Below, in pieces: positions 10,601 to 19,500 of a stretch of DNA of 64,000 nt. Position numbers and translations under genes: made by a program. The stretch's first letter is position 1. Every line of letters starts with the position of its first letter. The stretch is taken from contig CAYFHS010000001.1 in the NCBI GenBank assembly GCA_964342815.1, positions 32,001 to 96,000 of the forward strand. The letters run 5' to 3'. This stretch comes from an uncultured archaeon (GTDB lineage: Archaea; Thermoplasmatota; Penumbrarchaeia; JASLWR01). The notes below the pieces were generated by a model. The model was not told the DNA's origin. It ran no database searches and saw nothing but the letters and a program-made list of their open reading frames with translations.

Positions 10601-12163
10601 TCTCGAACCACGCCAGGGGTCGTTGCCCACCGTATCGAAGTTCCAGTAGTTCATACCCCACTGTTTGATCCCGTCCACCCTCTGGTTGAAGCTATGCCAG
10701 TACATGGAGCGGAGACCCATTCCCGGTTTCTCGATTCCACCGCCCGCGTCGTGCCACCATATCTCCTCCCCGGCTTCCCGGCGGATGGCGGCGTCGTTGG
10801 GATGGTACCGGTTAAATTCTACGTCCCAGATTTTCCCTTCACCGTAGAGCGGAGGTTCTATTGAACGCACGATAAGGTGGTCAAGCCCGGGTGCATTTGC
10901 CTCTATTATATCATTTATATCCCGCTGAAGCGAATACGGGGGACTTGAGCGGGGGCTGGGACAGTTCTCGGTGAAGGGATACGGGTCCCCGCAGTAATAG
11001 AATATGCATCGATCCAGCCACCCTTTCTCGCGGTAATGGTCCGCCACCTTTTTTATATACTGCCCGATCACACGGCTGTAATTGACGCTTGGTTGGTAGG
11101 GCGGTGCGGAAAAATCGTAAATCCCGGAATCCCAGGGCACGGGATCGTTTGGTGTTATGGGAAAGGCAAAGCGAGCGAAGTCAAATTCGTCCAGATAATA
11201 TTCCATCAAGGGGTCGCTGCGGGTGAAGTTGACTGTTACGTTCAGATCGATATCCACGTCGATATCGCTGCCCCATGGCTCGGCCGTGCCCAGGCTTCCC
11301 GGGCTTATCCGGTGGGTCCTGAATTTTTCATATACCTTTTTCATGAGCTCGATGTGCTCGGGATCCCGATCATCAAAGGGATAATAAGCAGTATACAGGT
11401 CCGGTGACGAATCGAACCACGTCGTGAGGGTAGGATTCTCCGGTAGAACGAAGCTCCATATGGTTATTTCGAGTAACCGAGTAACTTGAGAATCTTTCTG
11501 GGCAAAAGTTATACCGGTACGATATGTGCCCGGAGGAATGTCCGAAGGAGCGTAAACGGTCACCCAAAGCGCTCTGGTTGTACCGCTTTCTAGCTCAATA
11601 TCCCATGATAGGCTTTCAGGCTCGGCGGTATCCGGATCAACCGATCCCGTGCGGTTCGGTTCCATTGGTATGAGAGGGTCCGGTGAAAAACTGCCCGCAT
11701 ATTCCACGTCGTGCATGCTGAAGTTTCCCGTGCCCAGTGTCCCGGGACCTTCTGCTTGGGCTAGGGTTATGTTCTCGCTGAAATCCTTCATTGGCCTGAA
11801 AGCCAGCTGGAAGGATTCATACTCGTTTCGTGCCATTGAGATCTTTATTGTATTTTCCGCTGCGGACCAGACCGGAGTAAGGTCTTTTGAGCGCGTGGTT
11901 GTGTATAATTTAAAGGTGGAGCATTCGGCCCAGAAATCGTCATCTATGAAATCGCCCCGCTGCCTGGTGAGTCCCACGCCAATTGGGGAATCGATATTAT
12001 TAAGCGTCTCGTTGTTGGGTGCCGGAGTCCAGTTTGACATTATTGTTGATAAAAGCAGTATAAGAAATACTGTCACGATCATGGGTAGTCGTATACGGAC
12101 TTTGCTCGCGAGTCCAGGGGGATGGTACCATGGGCCTTTCACTTTTTTTACAGTGTGTTTCAT
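7607..12163 (-). CDS. Membrane-anchored DUF4091/GH123-like glycoside hydrolase domain protein with CARDB, PKD repeats and TSP3-like repeat
   Basis: MARNEYESFQL N-terminal motif; WGMNYW...GEGYMLYPG...SIRLELTRDGLEDYEYL (DUF4091 signature); several PKD motifs (FDGRGSHDPDG..Y.WD.GDG); DLDGDG/DMDGDG repeats; C-terminal TM. Confidence 0.75.
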   Translation of the reverse strand: MKHTVKKVKGPWYHPPGLASKVRIRLPMIVTVFLILLLSTIMSNWTPAPNNETLNNIDSPIGVGLTRQRGDFIDDDFWAECSTFKLYTTTRSKDLTPVWSAAENTIKISMARNEYESFQLAFRPMKDFSENITLAQAEGPGTLGTGNFSMHDVEYAGSFSPDPLIPMEPNRTGSVDPDTAEPESLSWDIELESGTTRALWVTVYAPSDIPPGTYRTGITFAQKDSQVTRLLEITIWSFVLPENPTLTTWFDSSPDLYTAYYPFDDRDPEHIELMKKVYEKFRTHRISPGSLGTAEPWGSDIDVDIDLNVTVNFTRSDPLMEYYLDEFDFARFAFPITPNDPVPWDSGIYDFSAPPYQPSVNYSRVIGQYIKKVADHYREKGWLDRCIFYYCGDPYPFTENCPSPRSSPPYSLQRDINDIIEANAPGLDHLIVRSIEPPLYGEGKIWDVEFNRYHPNDAAIRREAGEEIWWHDAGGGIEKPGMGLRSMYWHSFNQRVDGIKQWGMNYWNFDTVGNDPWRGSRSDGEGYMLYPGTSIGIDDDIIISIRLELTRDGLEDYEYLTKYSEKFGRESAEAVARLIQPASDFEIMNEMDVSGDYLYRVREYIARAIEGANDDLSVWQHGLNGTKSGPGPWDDHGSGNNYGNDGISTLEGLTKTWSGDGVLKLAMDEPGILLSGCDSASGWIPNNESGVNSTVEVETSYGGHVEGIGALNLSFWRSDENVSLLAYGSIEYGSFTLTDWSDFGVLEFDCRPVDISLYNFEIELDHNGESWNDEIGRYSVTGTLPGRWHHVIIDIGKLGISDLNHLRIFIRNSELEVPFQHYSLLVDNITLRSANRTLSGNVSFELLDLGPVPVGKWNVEVLGDWPLYEEFKVSVNMRMWENGTSWGEWRDVPRDNETVFSFSGQWLPERFLQLRVGLQASEIDRAISPCISEVRIWYAPVIYSDAALPANSFRITPELLTEGEEMGLEFGVLNRGDVEIGPVMVDVTADNGGYVILQEGVYLPPGEKIITLESLSLASGDHIIRISLELPIEVIDDNLADNILSVEVHVNAPPVAVIAAPETAESHKEVEFDGRGSHDPDGNITNYSWDMGDGFILTGPLVKHIYTVQKSYQLNLTVTDDSGFNVTVSRNILIGLPKPTVEIGFWPIKGNITTDYLLYPILFDPMDAVNDYNWVLPGGQERKGEQIIWRFSDDGTHNISLTIGFGYEPREVSTWKHIKVNNIPPEVRATASTFEASPGDEITFTSTGTHDVDDEMEQLSYLWDFGDGTFSEKANERHAYNRAGRFKVNFTVTDDNGDANWTSFVIYVHTDYPVADFAVPEIYVNETAVFDGSISTDPDGSVINYTWKLKGNNSNDNLSYHGERFSYVFTVPGNYTLNLTVRDDSGDLGSREKNFTVFIRDLDGDGIQDSDDGDMDGDGVPNESDAYPRDSEMWKEKEKSNAVLIVIVILVLLAVIGGIILFLFMRAKKKAATAGDEEVEMTEEEKEAERKKAYEDVYGGPENKDDGVKTEVEWGEPD

Positions 12164-12361
12164 TTCAGCACCGTCCGTGAAAAAAAAATTTCATCGGGAC
12201 TTTTTGAAATTCCACCGGAACGTAAAGTTAACGGGGAATATAAAATTTATGTTTCAAGGGTGAACCCACCGGGTCCCACATCCTAGAAAATACATGAAAA
12301 TTTGGCTGACATTTAGCATAATATCATGGTAGATCATAATAATTTAGGGTTGAAAGTAGGC

Positions 12362-13201
12362 TCATTGGGTGCCTGTAAAACCCCTAAACGCGGAAAGGGC
12401 TCTCAATTCTACCGCCGCTTCCGCCATCATTTTCTCAATTCCCTCTCCCGGAATATCATATCTCTTTATTCCGTCTTCCACCTCGTCCGGCAGTTTTACC
12501 CGTTTTAAAAAAAGTCCACCGGGCGGATGGGATGGAAAACGACCTGTACCGCTGTCCGGCTCAAGTGCTTTTTCTAACTCCGTCATTCCGATCTTCCGCT
12601 TAGCCGCCAAAAGGGCTGCCTTCAGCATCTTTCTTATCTGCCCGTACAGAAAGAACTCCGCTCTGAAGGTCACCTCCACCATGTCCCGCCCCCACAGCTC
12701 CGATACCTCCACAGTAATTTTATCTATTTTATGCTCAGCTCTGAAATAGTCCTCGTTCTTGGTTCTGTCCTTTTTTGTAAATGAGTAGAATGAGTGAGTC
12801 CCTGTGAATAATTTCAATGCCTCTTTGAATCTCACCATGGATCGGCCCACCACGCTGCCGTCGATATAGTAAACGTATTCTCTGAAAACGGCATGACGAG
12901 GATTAAAATTTTTATCGACGTCCCCCACCCCGTAGAAATAAGCACCCTCGATCATTGAATTCAATCTTCGTAGCAGTTCGTCTCCGGGTACGACTGAGTT
13001 AATCATAAAATAATTCTGGAAAGCTCCGACGCCGCGGTCCGTTCTAGACGAACTCTTGAAACCGGCTTCTTCGATACTATGAACAGCACCTGTTCGGATC
13101 AGTACTTCTATAATCTCGCCTTCTACGGTTCGCCTTCCTGGCTGCCTCGCGAACCCTTCAAAACCCTCTGGTAAATATCCGAACTCGATCAAAATAGCCA
13201 T
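12362..13201 (-). CDS. truA: tRNA pseudouridine(38-40) synthase TruA
   Basis: FGYLPEGFEGFARQP, SSRTDRGVGA (catalytic Asp), FNPRHA..REY.YY, GTHSFYSF, FLYGQIRKM. Start moved to ATG 13201. Confidence 0.9.
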   Translation of the reverse strand: MAILIEFGYLPEGFEGFARQPGRRTVEGEIIEVLIRTGAVHSIEEAGFKSSSRTDRGVGAFQNYFMINSVVPGDELLRRLNSMIEGAYFYGVGDVDKNFNPRHAVFREYVYYIDGSVVGRSMVRFKEALKLFTGTHSFYSFTKKDRTKNEDYFRAEHKIDKITVEVSELWGRDMVEVTFRAEFFLYGQIRKMLKAALLAAKRKIGMTELEKALEPDSGTGRFPSHPPGGLFLKRVKLPDEVEDGIKRYDIPGEGIEKMMAEAAVELRALSAFRGFTGTQ

Positions 13202-13367
13202 ATCTATCCCGCAGATGATCACTACTGTTCCGGTGCATCGTGATGCGCCTGGACCTGTAGAAAACCGAAGGTTTTTGAAGGAGCAGCAACGCCGTAGGTG
13301 TTGCGGAGTGAAACGGGCTTCCTCGAAAACCATATTCGGGTTTTCTACGGATCTCACTGATGACGGA

Positions 13368-14768
13368 TCAACCTTCCTGGAACATCTTCTTCAGTAAGAA
13401 CATGTAAACGAGCCCGAACAGGCCGATGAGCAGAAGCAGAACTCCGCCGAAACTCAATCCTGCCAGTAAATACTCATTCTCCTCATGGCCGAAAACGAGA
13501 AAGTTACCCACGGCATCCCCGATTGTAAGGACGGCTAAAAGTATGAATATTGTGTTGAACGTCTTTTCCGACTTCTCCGACGCCGCCCTGCGCCGGTTCT
13601 CCTGGTATATCTTGAACGAATCGATGGTGTTCCGCAGTCTTGTCTGGGAGTTTTCGATGTTCTCCCTAAGATTGTTGAAAGCAAAGATTACCGTGTTCCG
13701 GATGCCCCTGAAGTTATCCATCAATGGGTCTATCATCAACGTACCTGTGTGACCTTCACCGATCCTCTTGATACCCAGGTCACCTTCCATTCTATCCATG
13801 ACACTTACATTGTCGTTCAATATCAGAATATTGTTGGATAGTTTCTCGTCCAGTTCCATGAGCTGTGTGAAATTTATCGAAGCATTATGGAGAAGTGCCA
13901 CCTCTCCCATTTCTTCTTCTTTCTTTTTGGACTTTTTTGATTTTGGAGAGTCCGAGGGTCCCTGGAGCAGTGCGTCTATCCTCTTGTTGAGCTTCTGGAT
14001 CCTTTCCCTGATCTTGGGAGCACTCCTCTTGTAAGCCTGGTATTCCTTGCCGTATATGGACAGGAACAGTAGCTGCAGCCCTATCAACCTGATAAGGGAG
14101 CTTGCAAAATCCCTTATCGCCGTATCGCTGGGCCCCTCCTCCTTCTCTCCAAAGGCTGACTCCTCCTGGGCCTCGTATTCCACGAGATAATTCTTTGGTA
14201 TGCTGTATTCGCTCTTTGTTTCCCTTTTCGCCGATGTGAATGAATAAATATTGGGTGTGAAACGGTGTGTGTCAAAGGAATTTCCCAGTATTGCCGATGA
14301 CGAGAAAAGTTCGTCGTTTATGGATTCAACCCTAACCTTGGATGTAATATCCGAAAGAGTGGCAGACCCCCCCCCGCTCACTCGAAAGGCATCCACGTCC
14401 ACCTCTGCTTCCAGCCAGTAATCCCGGGGCACCCCTCCCATTATGATATTGAAGGCTTCCATCTGAAGAAAATTGGTTTTGATAAGTTTAGTTCCCACAA
14501 GGGCTGCCAGACAAGTCTTCCTTGATGAGGAAATAACCCCCTGTATCTCGTCAGTGGAAATATCCTTCCAAATGGATTTACCTTCCTCAACCTTGCCCAA
14601 TTCCTTCTTCAATACCAGGAATGCCAGGTTCCCATCGCGGATGAAATCCACGTCACCTTCCAGTTTATCAGGTATTCTCCTTACGAGATCTTCCTTTATG
14701 TTTTCACCCGCCCGAAGGGCCACTACCCGAATTATGAAAGGGTCGAGGATCTTGAAAGTTTTTGCTAT
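13368..14768 (-). CDS. Hypothetical protein with long helical region and two C-terminal TM helices (CorA-like topology); probable ATA start
   Basis: The frame is open upstream of the track start (GTG 14723). GGAGG + 7 nt + ATA at 14768 gives IAKTFKILDPFIIRVV, which aligns with the paralogue's YELFDPQAFNVLV. Confidence 0.75.
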   Translation of the reverse strand: MAKTFKILDPFIIRVVALRAGENIKEDLVRRIPDKLEGDVDFIRDGNLAFLVLKKELGKVEEGKSIWKDISTDEIQGVISSSRKTCLAALVGTKLIKTNFLQMEAFNIIMGGVPRDYWLEAEVDVDAFRVSGGGSATLSDITSKVRVESINDELFSSSAILGNSFDTHRFTPNIYSFTSAKRETKSEYSIPKNYLVEYEAQEESAFGEKEEGPSDTAIRDFASSLIRLIGLQLLFLSIYGKEYQAYKRSAPKIRERIQKLNKRIDALLQGPSDSPKSKKSKKKEEEMGEVALLHNASINFTQLMELDEKLSNNILILNDNVSVMDRMEGDLGIKRIGEGHTGTLMIDPLMDNFRGIRNTVIFAFNNLRENIENSQTRLRNTIDSFKIYQENRRRAASEKSEKTFNTIFILLAVLTIGDAVGNFLVFGHEENEYLLAGLSFGGVLLLLIGLFGLVYMFLLKKMFQEG

Positions 14769-14830
14769 TGTCTCGCCTCCGTTTGATTCATGATTTTCCC
14801 AAGCGTTCTAGAGCGCTCATTATGTTTATG

Positions 14831-16429
14831 CTATTCCTCTTTCCACATCTTCCTCAATACAAATATGTAGATGAAAAATGCTATTATCAAGAGAAATCCG
14901 ATTGCTACAAGGAACATTGCTCCCGCACCGGCCCAATCGTACGGCTCCTGACCTAGAGCGTAGGTGATGAGGCCGCTGAAGAAATCGGACAACTCTACGA
15001 TGGCAAGCGCGATAAAAACGATATTGAGCATGTTGGCTGTCTTCTTCTGGTTCTTTCTTCTTTTGCTCTCCCGGTAAGAGTTGAAGACGTCTATTGTGTT
15101 TCTTAACCGGTTCTGGGAGTTGGAGAGATTGCTTCGCAACCTGCTGAAAGATTTGAGTATAGTCTCCCGCCAACTCTTCATCTCATCCGAGAGTGATATC
15201 AGCACGTCACCCAACTCTGGGACCTCTTCCATTCTATCGAATTGGGTTTCCGTCTCGGTCCGTTCCACTTTCCCGAAACGATCAGTGAGAAATAGGATGA
15301 GGTTAGATACGTTCTCGTCAATCTCAGTAAGGCCGGATGAGAAAACGGACGAGCTGTATATTATATCATCTTCCGTGGGAACCGGTGTGCTTTTCTTCTT
15401 CTTTTTCTTTTTTTTCCCTTCTTCGTCTTCCAGCAGTATAGAGTTGATATTGCTCTGCAGACCCTGGATATTGTCTCTGATCTGAGCAGCGTTCTTCTTA
15501 TATTCCAGATGATTATTTTGAAATAGATGGTTGAAGGTCAAATGATGACCCATGAACCTGGAGACAGCCTTTACAAGATTCTCCATATGTGTGCGGTAAT
15601 AGGTGTCCTTTTTCCCGGATGATGCGGCTGATTTCTCTTCCGGAGCGTCATGGCCGTAGGTAAAGGGAGTTTCCGATTGATTTGAAAACATATTGCCTGC
15701 TTTGCTCTCTGTTGTATCTCCGGAATCATCATCCACGTCGTAATCGAGAAGGATGTGTGTCGGTAGTATGTTCTCGGGGTCTCCCTGTTTTTTACTCCCG
15801 GACCTGAATGCGAAGAGATTGACGTCGAAGGGTAGGGAGTTAATACGGTTACCTCGGATCTCATCCGAAGCATAAATTCCCTGATTGAGTATGTCCAGTT
15901 TCAGGGTCGAGCTCATCCCGGTGAAAAATGTTTCCCTGGCCGACGCATCGCTGATAACCGCACTGAGGTTAACTTCGGGTTCGATCCAGTAGTTCTTGGT
16001 AGTTCCGCAAACAAAAAATTGAAGGCTGCCCACAAAATCATGATCCCTAAACCGGGATTCTAGCTTATTTCGTCTTTTCTTTCCTCCCACCGCCATGCTC
16101 TCCAGTTTTTCGTCAATAACCTTTATACTTACCTTTATCCACGAAGACGCATTATCTTCTGTTTCTTCGTTTTCAATCTGTTCCCTATTAATGATGAATA
16201 GTGAGTTACCTTCCTGAAAATATTCTTCACCTTCAAGCAGATAATCAGATATATTCGTCTTTCCTTTTCCAATCTGCTCCTCGGAACTTAGACCTTTGGA
16301 TTTGAAGACGAGAACGTTGAATGCCTGTGGATCAAAGAGTTCATAACTTTGCTCATAACCCCGGGGTTTATACGAATGAGCGACGTAATCATCGACTTCG
16401 GGTTGATACGCGCCGTAACTCTGTGCTAT
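14831..16429 (-). CDS. Paralogue of 13368-14768; hypothetical 2-TM protein; probable ATA start
   Basis: The frame stays open 111 codons upstream of ATG 16096 with no ATG/GTG/TTG, up to ATA at 16429 (GGGGGT + 7 nt). The extension ISDYLLEGEEYFQEGNSLF matches the paralogue's IPDKLEGDVDFIRDGNLAF. Confidence 0.75.
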   Translation of the reverse strand: MAQSYGAYQPEVDDYVAHSYKPRGYEQSYELFDPQAFNVLVFKSKGLSSEEQIGKGKTNISDYLLEGEEYFQEGNSLFIINREQIENEETEDNASSWIKVSIKVIDEKLESMAVGGKKRRNKLESRFRDHDFVGSLQFFVCGTTKNYWIEPEVNLSAVISDASARETFFTGMSSTLKLDILNQGIYASDEIRGNRINSLPFDVNLFAFRSGSKKQGDPENILPTHILLDYDVDDDSGDTTESKAGNMFSNQSETPFTYGHDAPEEKSAASSGKKDTYYRTHMENLVKAVSRFMGHHLTFNHLFQNNHLEYKKNAAQIRDNIQGLQSNINSILLEDEEGKKKKKKKKSTPVPTEDDIIYSSSVFSSGLTEIDENVSNLILFLTDRFGKVERTETETQFDRMEEVPELGDVLISLSDEMKSWRETILKSFSRLRSNLSNSQNRLRNTIDVFNSYRESKRRKNQKKTANMLNIVFIALAIVELSDFFSGLITYALGQEPYDWAGAGAMFLVAIGFLLIIAFFIYIFVLRKMWKEE

Positions 16430-16513
16430 AGGTCAAACCCCCTTGTCGAGTGAATTTCAGAATAATAAAATATTAAATTTATCAAGATTCGAAACCACGT
16501 TGATGATGGCCCG

Positions 16514-19500
16514 CTACCATTCCCATTCCTCTTCATCGTTCTCATCCTCGTAATATCCGTCATCGTCAGTTTCCGTAGTTGATCCGAAGGAGTCGAAGAA
16601 CTTGTCGAGATCGTCTCTCTCGCCAAGAGGTTCGTTCTCATCATCTTCGTCCTCGTAGTATTCGTTTTCATCATATTTATCATATTCGTCGTCGTAGTCA
16701 TCATCTATTGACTGGTAACGCCCGGAATCGTAGGACGAATCCTCATCATCATAGTAATCGTCGTCGTCATAGTAGTCATCTTCATCATCATAGTAATCAT
16801 CTTCGTAATATTCGTCATCATAATCATTGTCATCATCGGAGCCGTCCTCCCATCCCCAATCCTCATATTCGCCATCTTCATCGTAGTCATCGTTCCAGGA
16901 CGCAGCTTTCTTTTCATCCTCCTCCGTGAAGCCTTCGAAAGAAACGTCCGGCTCTTCGTTGTCCTCATCGTCCTCCCAATTGGTGGCCGCCGGTCTCCTT
17001 TTTCTCCCCCGGTCGCGTTTTCTTCCCTTTCGGTCTTTCGCGTCCTCTCTGTTCCCTCCTTTCTTTCTTCCCTTGCTTTTCCCGGTGCCCCTCTTCTTAT
17101 CCCCTGTTTTCTTCCCTTTGCTCTTTTTATTGGAGGATCTCTTATCTTTCTTTTCGGACTGGGTCCATCTATCCCGTTCTCTTTCCATATGTCTGGTGTA
17201 CCTGCTGCCGTATGAAGATGGAATGAAATCGGTATCGTCCCTAATATCCTTGTATCTGCTCTTTCCCGCTTTCTTTTTGGTACCAACCGGAAGTTGACAT
17301 TCGGGGCATTTCTCTTCCCACTCGTAAACTGGATAACTGCATCTGGGACAGTCCGACGTAACATACGTGGTCTTGTTCTTGAAGAGGGCTTCGTTGCATT
17401 TGGGACAGTAACCCCTGCCCCGGGCCACCTTTTCCCCACAGCTGGGACAGAATATGTGCGAATAATGTCTGGTTCTCACGACGACAAGTATCACTGCGAT
17501 AATAAGCACGAGAGAAACCACACCTATGGCAATTAGATACTGCCAGGGAATATCCCAAAAGAACTGCTCTGCCTTTGTTTTCGTCTCCTTATACGGTGCA
17601 ATATATTCCTCTTTTGCTTTTTCACCGTTTTCCAGCGTATAAACCCAAGTACCGGCATCAGCGGACCACCCCACATCTGTAATCGTATGCTCTTCTCCCT
17701 CATAGCTGATCTTTGCTCCAACCTTGAATTCAGGTCTTTCTATTACGATGGAGGTCTCCTCTGTTCCCGTTTTTCCAAGATTATCCCTTACCCGGAGACT
17801 TATCCAATGGGTTCCATGGGTGTCGAAGGTGTATTCAACCACAGCCCCGTAAAGATAGTTAATATCATCTATGGTCCATGTATAGTTATTAATTTCCCCG
17901 TCAATGTCACTGGAACTGTTGGCGTTGAACTTCACCGGGAAGGACAGATAACCCCTGTCGGGATGCGATATCCGGGCCTGGGGCGCGGCATTACTGAAAA
18001 AGCTCCAGGGAGCGCTCCAATCTGCCTCGTTACCTGCCTCGTCAACGGCTTTTACACGCCAATGGTACTGGTTGGCCGCTGAAAAGGATATCTCTGCAGA
18101 AAGCTCAGTGGTGTTCTTGTCAATCAGGAGATGGGTGAATGCTTCGGTATCGGCGACCTGATAACGGTAATATGCGATCTCGCTTTCATCTATACCTGTG
18201 GATATGGGATTCCAGGAGATAAAAAGGGTCTTTGCAGAGGTCTCCCTTGCGTCCAAGGGAGCGCTGAGACGCACGGTGGCCGGACCCTTCGAATCCTTTT
18301 TGAAAACCACTTCTCCTTCAACGAGGTGGCCTGCATGATCTCCCACCTCGATAAATATGGTATTGATACCCTCTTCCATCTCTAGGAAACCGAAAGACCA
18401 GTTTGCCGTGTAACGGGCAAGGGTGCCGGTCAGTGTATCGTTCTCCCGGAAGAGATACATCCATTCATCATCTTCATCCCACCGATACCGTAAAAAGGAA
18501 AGATTTGATCCGGTTCCATTCTCGAAACAATCCACGTCCACAACCAGACCAGGGTCGATGTTGTACCACCCGTATGAATCTCTGTTTATGCTGAGGACCG
18601 GGGGTAAAGAATCGTAATAGAGTATTATTTCTGTATCATTGGTGTCAGTGAAAAGGCCGTCCAAAACCCTTATACGAATGGTGTTAATGCCTTGGTCCAG
18701 CAGAGAGGAATTGACGTCCCATTCATATGTTATCTCGTCTATGGACATGTTGAAGATATCGTGCCATTCGACCGATGGGGCCACCCGGTACTGGGCTCGC
18801 TTGAGCATGGAACCGCTGCCGCGGTTGGAAAAAAATGTTTTCAGGGAAGCTCCGCCAAATATGAGATCATTTGTCTCGGAATAATTATAAACCCTTTTTG
18901 TCATGTTAACCCATGGATTGAAGAGGTCAACCATTATCCTTACCTTCTTGTACATCACCTTTGATATGTTCACTAGGTCGTATGCCCGCAAGTCCATGTA
19001 GTTAATTCCTTCATGCAGCAGAGAATAATCAAACTGCCATTCGTCGGTGAACTCGTCCACGGTCGTGTTGAAAACATTGGCCCAGCTGTTGTTTCCTATG
19101 CGGTACTGCCCTAGAACCAGCGGAGAACCGCCTCCCGATGAAAAATCGATGTCAGCAACCGCTCCCGGATCGCTATCGAACCAGCCAAGGTCCGGCGTAT
19201 TGATGATTATTTCCGGCTCCATATTGTCTTTTCTCACCTGGATTGCACTTTCGATATAATTCACATTGTCCGCCTGATCGTAGACCCTGATATCAATGTC
19301 GTTAATCCCCTGGGAGAGATGGGTGAAATTCACGCTCCAGTTGCTCAAGTAGCCGGTACGGTTACCGGTGAATATCTCACGCCAGATATCATCATTTCCC
19401 CTGTATGAAGCGTTCACCATCAATGAAACGTTCTCGTTAAAGAAATCCACGTCGATAACAGCACCGGGATCAGCGGTATAGTAACCGTAGGAATCGTTGT

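Noticed and set aside
16426-17439. Alternative-frame ORFs (244 aa and 92 aa) with M/T-rich repeats
   Set aside because: Frame-shifted readings of the GAT/GAC/TAC-rich acidic tail of the C25 gene.
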